From the IMG/VR virus record IMGVR_UViG_3300032138_000963: 44,186 nt of DNA; one strand, 5' to 3'. The position numbers were made by a program, and so were the translations under genes. Source of the stretch: an uncultured virus (IMG/VR IMGVR_UViG_3300032138_000963). Taxonomy: Duplodnaviria > Heunggongvirae > Uroviricota > Caudoviricetes. A model generated the notes under the pieces. That model did not search any database. It worked only from the letters and a program-made list of their open reading frames with translations, and had not been told where the DNA came from. This document shows, in pieces, positions 17,641 through 26,407 of this stretch (its first letter is position 1; the number at the start of each line of letters is the position of its first letter).

Positions 17641-18067
17641 CGTCGCTGGATTTGGTATCGGTCTCGTTGCTTTCGTCACTGAGTTTTTCGATCCACTTCC
17701 AGATGTCCGGCATGCTTTGGTGAGATGCCTCGCGCTCTGATTGGTTCATGACGTGGCCGCTCTCCGCGAGAGCCATGCCGACGAAGATGCCGTAGGAGAG
17801 AATCGCTGACAAGCCGGATCTCGCTTGAACGTCCACATCCTCTGATGGGCAGGACATCGAGGCGGCGCTGTACAGCTGCACGCAGCGCCCGCGAACAGTG
17901 CGGGGCATCTCGTGGGTGATTGTTTCCCACCCGGCCTCGCCAGACGTTCTTCGTGCGTGCGCGGCCATGAGACCGTCGGCGATCTGTGCCGCCACGCGCT
18001 CATCTGCGCCTCGTCGCAGGCAGATTGCGTAGTACTCGTCTCGAGTTGGAAGGTCGTGCTTAGGCAT
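17633..18067 (-). CDS. hypothetical protein (start MPKHDL)
   Basis: GGAG RBS, coupled. Confidence 0.6.
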   Translation of the reverse strand: MPKHDLPTRDEYYAICLRRGADERVAAQIADGLMAAHARRTSGEAGWETITHEMPRTVRGRCVQLYSAASMSCPSEDVDVQARSGLSAILSYGIFVGMALAESGHVMNQSEREASHQSMPDIWKWIEKLSDESNETDTKSSDDD

Positions 18068-18260
18068 GGATCTCCGTGCCCTGCAGCCACTTGAGGAATC
18101 GCTTGCCGTACACGAGGCTGCCGGATCCCTCCGTAGCACTCGCCACGGCGTCCTCGACCCGCTCGCGCGCATGGGCTGGCAGCTTGAAGTTGTGGAAGTT
18201 GGAGAATGCTGGTGGCGCCTCGCGGATGATTCCTGTTTGCGCTTCGAAGTAGAACATCAT
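18060..18260 (-). CDS. hypothetical protein
   Basis: ATGA coupling. Confidence 0.6.
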   Translation of the reverse strand: MMFYFEAQTGIIREAPPAFSNFHNFKLPAHARERVEDAVASATEGSGSLVYGKRFLKWLQGTEIHA

Positions 18261-18841
18261 GCAGCCTTCTTCTTTCTGGAAGTCTTCTTCTTGGTCGCCT
18301 TCTTCTTCGTTTTCTTCGCGCCTCGTTGCGTGTTTTTCGTCAGCTCTTTGAGCTGCTCGAACTCGAAGCTGAAAATCTCCGGGGCGCGTACGCAGATGAA
18401 TTCGTCGTCGCAGCCTACAGATCTGGTCACCTGTTTTCCGTCAGCGAAAAGCAGCTTGACCTTGTGCGAGATGTAATTCGCCTCCACCATCTTGGGTGCC
18501 CCGGGCCTGCGAGTGTCCATCAAACGCTCCAGTCTTTCGCGGTAGTGCTCCTTGTGCTGCGGCAGTGGTTTGTTGGCTCTGTGATGGCGGAGTCTTATTT
18601 GCTGCTTCTTCTCTTCAGCCCTTGGAGAGCTTCCACTCTCGAGTTCCGGCATCTCCGTCCAGACGCGCTCAACCTTCTCCACCCGACACCACTGCTGACT
18701 CACGAGATCGATGACGAAGTCCCCGAGTCCAAGTTTGTATGCGTTCGCCACTTTCCTTTTCTCCTTCTTTCTGCGAGCGTTCGCAGATTGGGCCATCATG
18801 ATCCAAAGAATCGGGATGCCGCCTATTGTTCCGCTGAACAT
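18257..18841 (-). CDS. basic protein with Lys-rich H1-like C-terminal tail
   Basis: C-terminus AKKTKKKATKKKTSRKKKAA. Confidence 0.6.
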   Translation of the reverse strand: MFSGTIGGIPILWIMMAQSANARRKKEKRKVANAYKLGLGDFVIDLVSQQWCRVEKVERVWTEMPELESGSSPRAEEKKQQIRLRHHRANKPLPQHKEHYRERLERLMDTRRPGAPKMVEANYISHKVKLLFADGKQVTRSVGCDDEFICVRAPEIFSFEFEQLKELTKNTQRGAKKTKKKATKKKTSRKKKAA

Positions 18842-19078
18842 TCAGTCCTCGTTCTCGTCCCACTCGAAGTGGTGGAGCCAGACGTAGGCGACAAAATCCC
18901 GGGCGCGCTCGTCGAGCGACGCGAGTGCATCTTCCCTCGCTTTGCGCAGGAGAAGCTCCTCGACGTCTTCGCAGGTGTCGGCCTCACCGTTGCTGAGTTG
19001 CACTGAGAGGGGGACCGTTACCCAGGTTCCACCTGGCTCGCCCAGGGCGATTCCGATCTCTACATTGTAGCTGTCCAT
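18842..19078 (-). CDS. acidic hypothetical protein
   Basis: ORF tiling. Confidence 0.7.
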   Translation of the reverse strand: MDSYNVEIGIALGEPGGTWVTVPLSVQLSNGEADTCEDVEELLLRKAREDALASLDERARDFVAYVWLHHFEWDENED

Positions 19079-19080
19079 CG

Positions 19081-19233
19081 CTATTCCTGAACGGTATTGA
19101 CTGTGACGTACCGAAGGAACTCCTCCTGCACGAACTGCTGGAGGAGCGGCATTACCGATTCTAGATCAGTCGCCTCCATGTCGAATTCGATCTGCGCCGC
19201 CTCGTCGCGGCCAATCTCGATGTGAAATAGCAT
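19081..19233 (-). CDS. small hypothetical protein (start MLFHIE)
   Basis: TGATG coupling. Confidence 0.6.
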   Translation of the reverse strand: MLFHIEIGRDEAAQIEFDMEATDLESVMPLLQQFVQEEFLRYVTVNTVQE

Positions 19234-19700
19234 CAGTGCACCTTGGCTGGCGGTCGGACGCCCATCGTTTCCTCGAGGAACTTGTTCCAGTTGTGGAAGT
19301 TGCTTTCGAGCCGATGACCGAACTTGCGGACCCATTCGCCGAAGTTCATCTCTCCCTTGGTGGGGAACTCGCGCACGATCTCTGGAGAGAGGGTGACGGA
19401 TCCATCTGGAAGCATCGGGAGTGTGTTTTTCTTGTGGTAGTAGAGGGGCCATTCAGCCTTGCGGCTGTCCGTAATCGGCTTCTCATCGCCGCCGGGTCCA
19501 CAGGCCTCGTTGTCGAGGAGGAAGATCCCCTTGGAAGTTTCGATGTAGGCCCACTGCATTCCGTGCGGCTCGATGCTGTCGATCCCCTCAGGCCACTTTT
19601 CAGCCTCTTTGAGTTGAGCCTCGAGGTCGGCCATGACCTTTTCCACGTCGATGACCGTGACTACGATATTGCTTCGTCGATCTCGTGATGTAACTACCAT
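19233..19700 (-). CDS. hypothetical protein
   Basis: AAGGA RBS. Confidence 0.7.
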   Translation of the reverse strand: MVVTSRDRRSNIVVTVIDVEKVMADLEAQLKEAEKWPEGIDSIEPHGMQWAYIETSKGIFLLDNEACGPGGDEKPITDSRKAEWPLYYHKKNTLPMLPDGSVTLSPEIVREFPTKGEMNFGEWVRKFGHRLESNFHNWNKFLEETMGVRPPAKVH

Positions 19701-19721
19701 GCTTCTTCCTTTTCAGATTCT

Positions 19722-19958
19722 CTAGTCTGGATCAGGAGCCGCCTCCACGTCCTTTTTCTCGGGAGGCTCCCTCCACGTCCGCTTGTGACCTTCCCACAGC
19801 GTACGCATTGCGCCCATACCAAGGCTGGCCAGGAGCACTTCGTCTGCGGTCAGACCAAGCGACCAGTACTTGTTTGCGAAGTACGCGACAACGACAACTA
19901 CGATCCCTAGTGGGTCGACGACCTTGTCCGCGCGGACGAGAATGCTTTTTGGATTCAT
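19722..19958 (-). CDS. small two-TM membrane protein, holin-like topology
   Basis: Two hydrophobic segments and a charged C-terminal tail. Confidence 0.5.
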   Translation of the reverse strand: MNPKSILVRADKVVDPLGIVVVVVAYFANKYWSLGLTADEVLLASLGMGAMRTLWEGHKRTWREPPEKKDVEAAPDPD

Positions 19959-19985
19959 CCGGGCATTATAGCCCGGCTCACCATC

Positions 19986-20699
19986 TTACGGGCAGTGCCC
20001 GATTCCGTCGTATCCGTCGAGGTAGTCGGACAGATCCGCCTGCCACACATCGACGACGCATTCCTGACCACCACAATCTTGCCCGAAATAGCAAAGCTCG
20101 ATGCAACACGCTGGCCCAGCGCATGTGTTCGCTGGAAAGTGGCCCTCTGAGCGGCACCAAAATCCGGTCGTACACTGCTCGTACGGAGCGATGTGACATT
20201 GCGACGCGTACATGCCATCGCCCCAGTCCATATTCAGCTCGGTGCATTGAAAGTACACCTCGGGCTGATTCTGGTCGTCGAAGCGTAGGTTTTGTTGGCA
20301 CTCGAAATCGCCGCCGTTGTCGAGGCACTCATCGACGAATGGATCGCAGTCATCTCCAGGGAAGATCGGGTCAGGCTCCTCGACCCCCATGTCCTCGGCT
20401 CCGCCCAGGTCCATCTTCTCTTCGGGCAGGTCTGCGGCGCCGCCGTCGCCATCGCCATCGCCATCGCCGTCCCCCGTGTCGGTACTTGTCTCACCTCCGG
20501 TCTCCGAGCCGGTTTCGCTCCCTGTATCGGTTCCGGTCGGGCCGTCCGTCGTCCCCGAGGTCGACCCAGTGCCCGTCTCCGCGCCGCCAGTGCCCGTCCC
20601 GATTCCCGTCCCCGTTCCCTCACCAGACCCGTCAAAGGGGCTGTCGGAGGCGCACGCGAGCGGCAGGAGGGCCAGGATGATGCAGAGCTTTTCCTTCAT
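19986..20699 (-). CDS. myxobacterial-type Cys-rich lipoprotein (paralogue 1)
   Basis: MKEKLCIILALLPLA-C lipobox, T/G/S/E linker, TGDGDGDGDGD, CDP...CC...C domain. Confidence 0.75.
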   Translation of the reverse strand: MKEKLCIILALLPLACASDSPFDGSGEGTGTGIGTGTGGAETGTGSTSGTTDGPTGTDTGSETGSETGGETSTDTGDGDGDGDGDGGAADLPEEKMDLGGAEDMGVEEPDPIFPGDDCDPFVDECLDNGGDFECQQNLRFDDQNQPEVYFQCTELNMDWGDGMYASQCHIAPYEQCTTGFWCRSEGHFPANTCAGPACCIELCYFGQDCGGQECVVDVWQADLSDYLDGYDGIGHCP

Positions 20700-20725
20700 G
20701 AATCTTCTTCCTTGAATCGAGGCTA

Positions 20726-22135
20726 TCACAGCCGTCCGAGCGGCAGCCAGTACTCGAGCTTCTTGGCGGCGCGAGTCGCAGCGGTGTAGCGCCATCGCGC
20801 TGGATCCCACCCTCGAGCAATCTGCTCTATGACAGCAACGCTGTCCCACTCCGAGCCCTGAGACTTGTGGACGGTGAGGCAGTATCCGAAATCGAAAAGC
20901 CCGATTCCCTTGGGCGAGTACTCGATTTTCTTTTCTTCGGAAAACTGGTCCGGGATCATCTGGATATCGAAGTACTCGTTCCCGGCATCGTCGACCAGGT
21001 CGTAGCGCGGCAGCTCGTAGCTTTTGCGCTCAGCGATCACCGTGACCAAAAGTCCGTTGTAGATGCCGAGGTCCGAATCGTTTTGGAGGCAGATGAGGCG
21101 CTCGCCAACCTGCGGCAGTGGTCCAATGTATCCCAGGAAGCCTCTGATGGCGGCATTGACCGACTTGCGCGTCTTGTTGTAGCCGCACAGCACAATGTCG
21201 TACCGGGCCAGCACGCGGGGTATGAGCTTGGAGATTCCCACCACGCGCGCGTCACCGAACTCGCCTTGCCAGTTGTTGGGGCTCGAGCCGCGGCGCATGT
21301 GGTGCGCCAGCTGAATGATTCCGGACTGTGCAGCCTGACGGTGAATCTTCTCGAGACGAATGTCGGGTTCCCGCATGATGCGGGGGTCTTTTCCAATTGG
21401 CTCGAGCTGCCCGTGGTCCCCGACGTACAAAATCTTTCCGGTCAGCGCCTCGATATCCTCAACCATCGATTGGTTGAGCATCGAAGACTCGTCGACGATG
21501 ACGAGATCGGCTTCGATGAGGGGAACCCGAACCCACCGGATTTTGATCGACGTCGTCTTACAGTCGGGGCAGCGAATCTTCCTGTCGAAGCCCTTGATGG
21601 CGTTCACCGCTTTGAAGCAGCGGCTGCAGGCGGTCTCAGGCGCGTAGACGAGCTTGTGCAGCGTGGTCGCGGAGACGCCTTTGTGCCTGAGTACCGAGGC
21701 AGCCTTCCCCGTCGGCGCACAGACTCTCACGATATATTTGAGAGAAAGACGGCCCAAAATCTCGGCGATGATCGTCGTCTTCCCCGTCCCCGCAAAGCCT
21801 GCGAGCGAGATTCGCTTTTCGGTTGTCTTGTGAAACCATTCGAGGATTTCCTCGACGGCTTTGGCCTGGTCTGGACTGAGTTCCAACGCGGTCGAATCCC
21901 GAGGTGGGGGCGGGTACGAGCCCGCCGGCTCTTGCTTTGCCAGCGTCCCCTCGCCTTCGCACACCGGGCACTTGGGTCGCGGAGACGTGTACCCGACGCC
22001 AGGCATCATCCGAGCGATACTCGGGTGCTCGTCGTCGGGATCGAACGGGGGTAGCTCGTCGAAGTCGGGCGCAAGCTCGATGATCTTTCGACTGCCCTTG
22101 CATCGAGGGCAAGCGGGCGGATAGCTGCGCTGCAT
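20726..22135 (-). CDS. RecD2/Dda-like SF1B ATP-dependent DNA helicase with Zn-finger additions
   Basis: GFAGTGKT, APTGKAA, TLHKL, VDESSM, VGDHGQLEPI, IHRQA, TVHKSQGSEW, YTAATRA. Confidence 0.9.
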   Translation of the reverse strand: MQRSYPPACPRCKGSRKIIELAPDFDELPPFDPDDEHPSIARMMPGVGYTSPRPKCPVCEGEGTLAKQEPAGSYPPPPRDSTALELSPDQAKAVEEILEWFHKTTEKRISLAGFAGTGKTTIIAEILGRLSLKYIVRVCAPTGKAASVLRHKGVSATTLHKLVYAPETACSRCFKAVNAIKGFDRKIRCPDCKTTSIKIRWVRVPLIEADLVIVDESSMLNQSMVEDIEALTGKILYVGDHGQLEPIGKDPRIMREPDIRLEKIHRQAAQSGIIQLAHHMRRGSSPNNWQGEFGDARVVGISKLIPRVLARYDIVLCGYNKTRKSVNAAIRGFLGYIGPLPQVGERLICLQNDSDLGIYNGLLVTVIAERKSYELPRYDLVDDAGNEYFDIQMIPDQFSEEKKIEYSPKGIGLFDFGYCLTVHKSQGSEWDSVAVIEQIARGWDPARWRYTAATRAAKKLEYWLPLGRL

Positions 22136-22146
22136 GGGAAGGCATT

Positions 22147-22338
22147 CTACTCGAAACTCTTCTCGGTAGTCTCGACTGGGGAAAGCAGTTGCTTGCCGAC
22201 ACGGACGTACTCCCAATCCGCGAAGCAGCTATCGCCGTCATAAGTCAGGTGTCGCATCGCCTCTGCGATCGCGTCGCAGGCATCTGACTCATCGTTCGTC
22301 TTGACGAGGATATGCACGGTGGCGATATAGTGCTTCAT
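22147..22338 (-). CDS. small hypothetical protein (start MKHYIA)
   Basis: ATGA coupling. Confidence 0.65.
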   Translation of the reverse strand: MKHYIATVHILVKTNDESDACDAIAEAMRHLTYDGDSCFADWEYVRVGKQLLSPVETTEKSFE

Positions 22339-22463
22339 TTCGTTTTCCCTGGGCGTTTCCAAATCCGCTTCGTCGGCTTCGTTTTCTTCTGGTCCGAGTT
22401 CTCCGGGGTGGAGTCCTCTTGGACAGCGGGAGCGATGATTCGGACACGCTTCTTCTTAGGCAT
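22335..22463 (-). CDS. 42-aa basic peptide MPKKKRVRIIAPAVQEDS...
   Basis: Fills gap exactly between coupled stop and start. Confidence 0.5.
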   Translation of the reverse strand: MPKKKRVRIIAPAVQEDSTPENSDQKKTKPTKRIWKRPGKTK

Positions 22464-22856
22464 TCAGGGTTCCTTCCTTCGGATGACTGGAGGTGTCGAG
22501 TTGTCTCCGCTCTCCGCTCCGTAGATAGCGAGGCTCAATGCCTGTCCGGGAAACGCCTGTTTGGCGTATTCCGCCGGCGGTAAAACGAGGTGCGGGTACC
22601 AGGCGTCGTGAACCTTCCCGTCGATGACGGGAACCATGTGGTATCTCCACTGGTCATCTGGAAGTAGAATCACTCCTCGCTCAGCCTCGATGTGCAGGAT
22701 AGAAACCCGCTCTTCGCCGAGCCAGTGAATGATGCCGTCAGCAAGCTCTCCGCACATCCCGTAGTAGTCCTCAGGTTCCTCGAACTGCTGAGCCAAGAAC
22801 TCGAGCGCGAGGTTATGCTGTGGGTCGCTCGTCGAAGTAGTGGGTGATTTTTCCAT
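22464..22856 (-). CDS. putative transglutaminase-like (Cys-His-Asp) protein
   Basis: GMCGELA...WRYHMVPVIDGKVHDAW. Confidence 0.55.
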   Translation of the reverse strand: MEKSPTTSTSDPQHNLALEFLAQQFEEPEDYYGMCGELADGIIHWLGEERVSILHIEAERGVILLPDDQWRYHMVPVIDGKVHDAWYPHLVLPPAEYAKQAFPGQALSLAIYGAESGDNSTPPVIRRKEP

Positions 22857-23193
22857 CAGCGTCGATCACCTTGAATGCGGGAGGGGGATCTCCGTAGAAC
22901 TCCTCGGCGTCCGCAAGCTCGGCGCGAAACGTCTCGAGCGTGGGGCAGACTACGACGGTGACATCGCCCTCGGCGTAGGTGACGGTCAGTCGCTTCTCGA
23001 CGTGGACCCACACGCCGAAGTACCAGGCGTCTTGGCTCGTGTCGTACTGCTTCCATCCCTCGGCGGGTGTGCAGATCTCGAAGTCGAAGTCATATCGCTC
23101 GCCGCTGCCGATGTGCAGGCGGTAGACCTTGTTGCCGCGCTCGTTTTCGTCGGGCTCGACTTTGTCGATCATTTTCTGAATCAGATTCGCCAT
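22813..23193 (-). CDS. mobile-element hypothetical protein (start MANLIQ)
   Basis: ERYDFDF...GWKQYDTSQDAWYFGVWV...TYAEGD. Confidence 0.75.
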   Translation of the reverse strand: MANLIQKMIDKVEPDENERGNKVYRLHIGSGERYDFDFEICTPAEGWKQYDTSQDAWYFGVWVHVEKRLTVTYAEGDVTVVVCPTLETFRAELADAEEFYGDPPPAFKVIDADGKITHYFDERPTA

Positions 23194-23195
23194 CG

Positions 23196-23624
23196 CTATT
23201 CCTTGTATCCAATCGACCCGAGCCACTCTCGAGCCCACCTTCGTTTTTGAGCTTTGCAATCCTCTTTCGAGAGGTCCGAGATGATCTTGCAGGCGGCATC
23301 GAAAGCGCCATCGGGCCTCTCCTGCCAATCCTGCCCCTCCTCGTCCTCGGCCTCCTCGCGCTCGGCCTGGCGCTCGAGAATCTCCTCCCCCTCATCATCG
23401 GCGGCGACGAAGCGAAAACCATCCTGGTCATTCCCTTCGATCTTGATGTGTTTTTGGCACACGCCGAGAACAGTCTCGCATGGATGGTACGGGAGGACCC
23501 CCATGCAGCCCTCCACGTCCTTGCTGTCGTAGACGAGGTGGAGAATGTGCTCGAGCCCGTTTCCGTAGACCATCGGCCCCCGCTGCTCCGGTGTGACTTC
23601 TTGTTCTTTCGCTTCGTCAGTCAT
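23196..23624 (-). CDS. hypothetical protein
   Basis: ORF tiling. Confidence 0.7.
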   Translation of the reverse strand: MTDEAKEQEVTPEQRGPMVYGNGLEHILHLVYDSKDVEGCMGVLPYHPCETVLGVCQKHIKIEGNDQDGFRFVAADDEGEEILERQAEREEAEDEEGQDWQERPDGAFDAACKIISDLSKEDCKAQKRRWAREWLGSIGYKE

Positions 23625-23907
23625 CTTTCAGATCCTCTCCGTCCTTGTTCGATTCCTCGGCGTCTTTTTTGTCGCGCTCTTCGAGCCATTTGCGCTCCAT
23701 CTCACGATAGTCGTGATAGGCCTTTCGCCCTTTCTCGACGACCTCTTCCAGCTCCTTGAGTGTCGTCATCACCTTGCCCGCCACGTCGCCGTCTTTGTAT
23801 TGGTAGATGATCGTTATCCCGTCGATGGGATCTACGATGAAGGAGACGCCACCGTCTGACCGTGGGGGAACGGCGAAGCGCTGATTGAAATGGACTTCAA
23901 GGGGCAT
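23617..23907 (-). CDS. hypothetical protein
   Basis: ORF tiling. Confidence 0.7.
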   Translation of the reverse strand: MPLEVHFNQRFAVPPRSDGGVSFIVDPIDGITIIYQYKDGDVAGKVMTTLKELEEVVEKGRKAYHDYREMERKWLEERDKKDAEESNKDGEDLKDD

Positions 23908-24160
23908 CTTCCAGGCCCTCGTCTTCGGTCAGCTCCTCTCCGTCTTCTGTCAGGCTGAAAAACTCAGAGTCCGATCGCATCTCCCCCAGCAGCCTTGCGG
24001 CCGTCGGCGCATCGATATCCTCGTGGTCGGTCTTGTAATCCAAGACGCAACAGCCGACGTCGCCCTCGCGGACAATCGTCGCAAGGTCATTGGGGAGATG
24101 CTCCTCGCTGACCGCCGTCACGGTGATGGTGTACTTGTGGAATTTTCGCTTGCTCGGCAT
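23897..24160 (-). CDS. hypothetical protein (start MPSKRK)
   Basis: ORF tiling. Confidence 0.7.
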   Translation of the reverse strand: MPSKRKFHKYTITVTAVSEEHLPNDLATIVREGDVGCCVLDYKTDHEDIDAPTAARLLGEMRSDSEFFSLTEDGEELTEDEGLEDAP

Positions 24161-24174
24161 AGCTGTCTCGCGTT

Positions 24175-24471
24175 CTAGGCTCCTGGGGGCTGCTCGGTGC
24201 CCCATCGCTTCGCTCGAGTGAAGCCCCAGCCCATGATCTTCAGGCGCTCATGGATGTATTCGTAGGCGCTCTCTAGCGCATCTTCGGCGTGATCGAAGCA
24301 CGAAGCGTTCCCGCGTTCGAGTTCCTCTCTGTGCGGAATGAACCCGTCATCGGCGTCGTACCACATCAGCTCTTCGTCACCGATTTTTACGCCTACCTCG
24401 GTGCCGATATGTCCGGCACCTTCGTAGACCTCACCGCCGGAGGGCTCCAAATGAATCTCTATCTTCACCAT
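24175..24471 (-). CDS. hypothetical protein
   Basis: GAGGT RBS. Confidence 0.7.
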   Translation of the reverse strand: MVKIEIHLEPSGGEVYEGAGHIGTEVGVKIGDEELMWYDADDGFIPHREELERGNASCFDHAEDALESAYEYIHERLKIMGWGFTRAKRWGTEQPPGA

Positions 24472-24479
24472 CTGTCACC

Positions 24480-25031
24480 TCAGCAATACGGAGCGTAGTT
24501 GCTCCAATCCTCCGGAATCGACTCAGCCACGCGCCAGCGGTAGTCCTCACCCCGAGGCCGCATCGACGACCGATAGCTGGTGCCGAATTCGTAGCCCTCC
24601 TGCCACTCGGCCGCCAGGGCGCGCAGGAACTTGACCTCTCCGTCGGCAATCCACGCTGAGCCATCTGGTTTGTAGCAGACACGGACAGCCTCGTAGGCCA
24701 CCACGGTCCCCGAGTCGTACCACCAGCCACCCTCTTCGGGGCCTCCGTAGCTTCGGTCAATCTCGTCGATGGCCAGGTAGAGCGTCGCCCGAGGCGGACA
24801 GGAGCCGTCTGGATGCCGAATCTGGTATCGAGCCGTCTGCGGGTTGTCGTCGTAGTCACGCGAGATCTCCACGTCAGGGTGGTGATCTTGAAGCTGCTCG
24901 AGCCGACCCTCGCTGTATTCACTCACGTCGACGGTCCTGAACGGGCCATCTTTCGCCGCTCGCATCAGCGCTTCGCTGAGCGCGTCGAAGAGAGCTTCGA
25001 CATCCTGGGTTTCATCTTCTGCTGCGCTCAT
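24480..25031 (-). CDS. phage hypothetical protein
   Basis: DRSYGGPEEGGWWYDSG motif. Confidence 0.75.
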   Translation of the reverse strand: MSAAEDETQDVEALFDALSEALMRAAKDGPFRTVDVSEYSEGRLEQLQDHHPDVEISRDYDDNPQTARYQIRHPDGSCPPRATLYLAIDEIDRSYGGPEEGGWWYDSGTVVAYEAVRVCYKPDGSAWIADGEVKFLRALAAEWQEGYEFGTSYRSSMRPRGEDYRWRVAESIPEDWSNYAPYC

Positions 25032-25447
25032 GATCTAAACAGCCTTTCCAGATCCTTCAGATCTATGCCTGGCGTTCCGTATTCCGAATTGGAATGCTTC
25101 GGCCGAAAAGTCCATGCGATCCAGTCGAAGACGCTGACATTCATGTAGGACGAGTCCACTCGCAGCCCCTCATCGTCCGGAAAATCTGGCTTCTCGTCAA
25201 CGCACGCAAAGCTATCATCCCGCGAAGACTCCTTGTGCTCATCCATCCACCCTTCGAACCAATCGCCCCACTCGAAGGCTTCAACCTGATCGAAGTATTC
25301 GATGGCTGCCGTCGAATCATCCTTCTCCCGAAGGCTTTTCGCCCATTCGAGCCTGGTGAACATCCGCTCGACATCTTCATCGCTGCACTCGACTACGACG
25401 ACAACGGTGTCGTCATCACCAGACGCTTCAAATACGATGTATTTCAT
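25028..25447 (-). CDS. acidic hypothetical protein (start MKYIVF)
   Basis: AAGGAG RBS, ATGA overlap. Confidence 0.7.
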   Translation of the reverse strand: MKYIVFEASGDDDTVVVVVECSDEDVERMFTRLEWAKSLREKDDSTAAIEYFDQVEAFEWGDWFEGWMDEHKESSRDDSFACVDEKPDFPDDEGLRVDSSYMNVSVFDWIAWTFRPKHSNSEYGTPGIDLKDLERLFRS

Positions 25448-25776
25448 TGGTCCGACTCCTTCCTGCCCCTCGCTCGCGCCAATAGCTCCCACAGCATCCC
25501 CACCGTGCCAAGGGTCGAGTGCGAGCAGAAGATCGACGACTTGACGCTCTCTCCCGGCTCAAGCGCTCTGTACTTCTCGACGTAGTACTCTTCGACCGAC
25601 ATCGGTCGCCGGCTTTTTGAGCACTCATGCAAGCGGCGCAAGCTCTCTCGCTCGGTCAGCAGCTCTGATGCGACAACTTCGGTAGATCCATCCGCGAGCG
25701 TGTCGAGCATGTAGACGCGATGCGTGAGCTTCGTATCGTCGAACATCTCGAGGAATCGTTTGGTCGATTCGTCCAT
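25444..25776 (-). CDS. hypothetical protein
   Basis: TGATG coupling. Confidence 0.65.
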   Translation of the reverse strand: MDESTKRFLEMFDDTKLTHRVYMLDTLADGSTEVVASELLTERESLRRLHECSKSRRPMSVEEYYVEKYRALEPGESVKSSIFCSHSTLGTVGMLWELLARARGRKESDQ

Positions 25777-26210
25777 CAGAAAAGAGGGTTCTCATTCCAG
25801 GCGTCGTGCACCTCGTCGAAGACATTGTCGTAGCCGTAGCCCTCCGACCAAGGGTCCAGGTCTGCGCTCTCCATGAAGACCTTTTTCCGATGCTCATCTT
25901 CGATTCTGTCGATGACGTGGCAGTGGTAGTAGCCGCTGTTTTCCTGTCCCTGCGCGTAGAACTCATGCTCGATGGTTTCGTAGAGTACGTCTGGAAGCTC
26001 CGCCTTCGGATCTTCCGTCTCAATGTCGAATCCTACCCATCGCAGCCAATAGCTCGGTGTGACTTCGCAGCAGTGTGTGACCTGGTTTTCGTCGAACAGA
26101 TAGTGAGCGTAGATCGCCTTGACCTGCGACTTTATTTCGTCGGACCAGTGCTGCGTCTCGTCGAGGCGCACGGCCATGAACTTGGGTTTGATTTCCTTTT
26201 CGTCTGTCAT
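25776..26210 (-). CDS. acidic hypothetical protein
   Basis: THCCEVTPSY motif. Confidence 0.75.
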   Translation of the reverse strand: MTDEKEIKPKFMAVRLDETQHWSDEIKSQVKAIYAHYLFDENQVTHCCEVTPSYWLRWVGFDIETEDPKAELPDVLYETIEHEFYAQGQENSGYYHCHVIDRIEDEHRKKVFMESADLDPWSEGYGYDNVFDEVHDAWNENPLF

Positions 26211-26407
26211 GCGATTCGCACCATTCCAACGGTGTTCCCGTTGATGTCCATGAGTGCGCGGGAAAACTCTGCATCAGGAGCGTATCCGAGGTGGCGATCG
26301 AGCTTCCCACTCGCGTATTTCAGTATCCGCCCAAGTTCCCCTGGATCATCTTCGAACGCCGCATTGTCCAGGTCGATTTCGATCGTCACCTTCATCACTT
26401 GCACCAC
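26207..26407 (-). CDS. small phage hypothetical protein
   Basis: IDLDNAAF...ELGRIL...DINGNTVG. Confidence 0.75.
   Translation of the reverse strand: MVQVMKVTIEIDLDNAAFEDDPGELGRILKYASGKLDRHLGYAPDAEFSRALMDINGNTVGMVRIA

Noticed and set aside
19722..19958. Lysis cassette around the holin-like protein
   Set aside because: No endolysin or spanin recognisable nearby; only the membrane topology is supported.
20440..20475. (tcgcca/tcgccg)n hexamer repeats here and near 36948-36978
   Set aside because: They encode the Gly-Asp linkers of the lipoproteins; not CRISPR or a mobile repeat.
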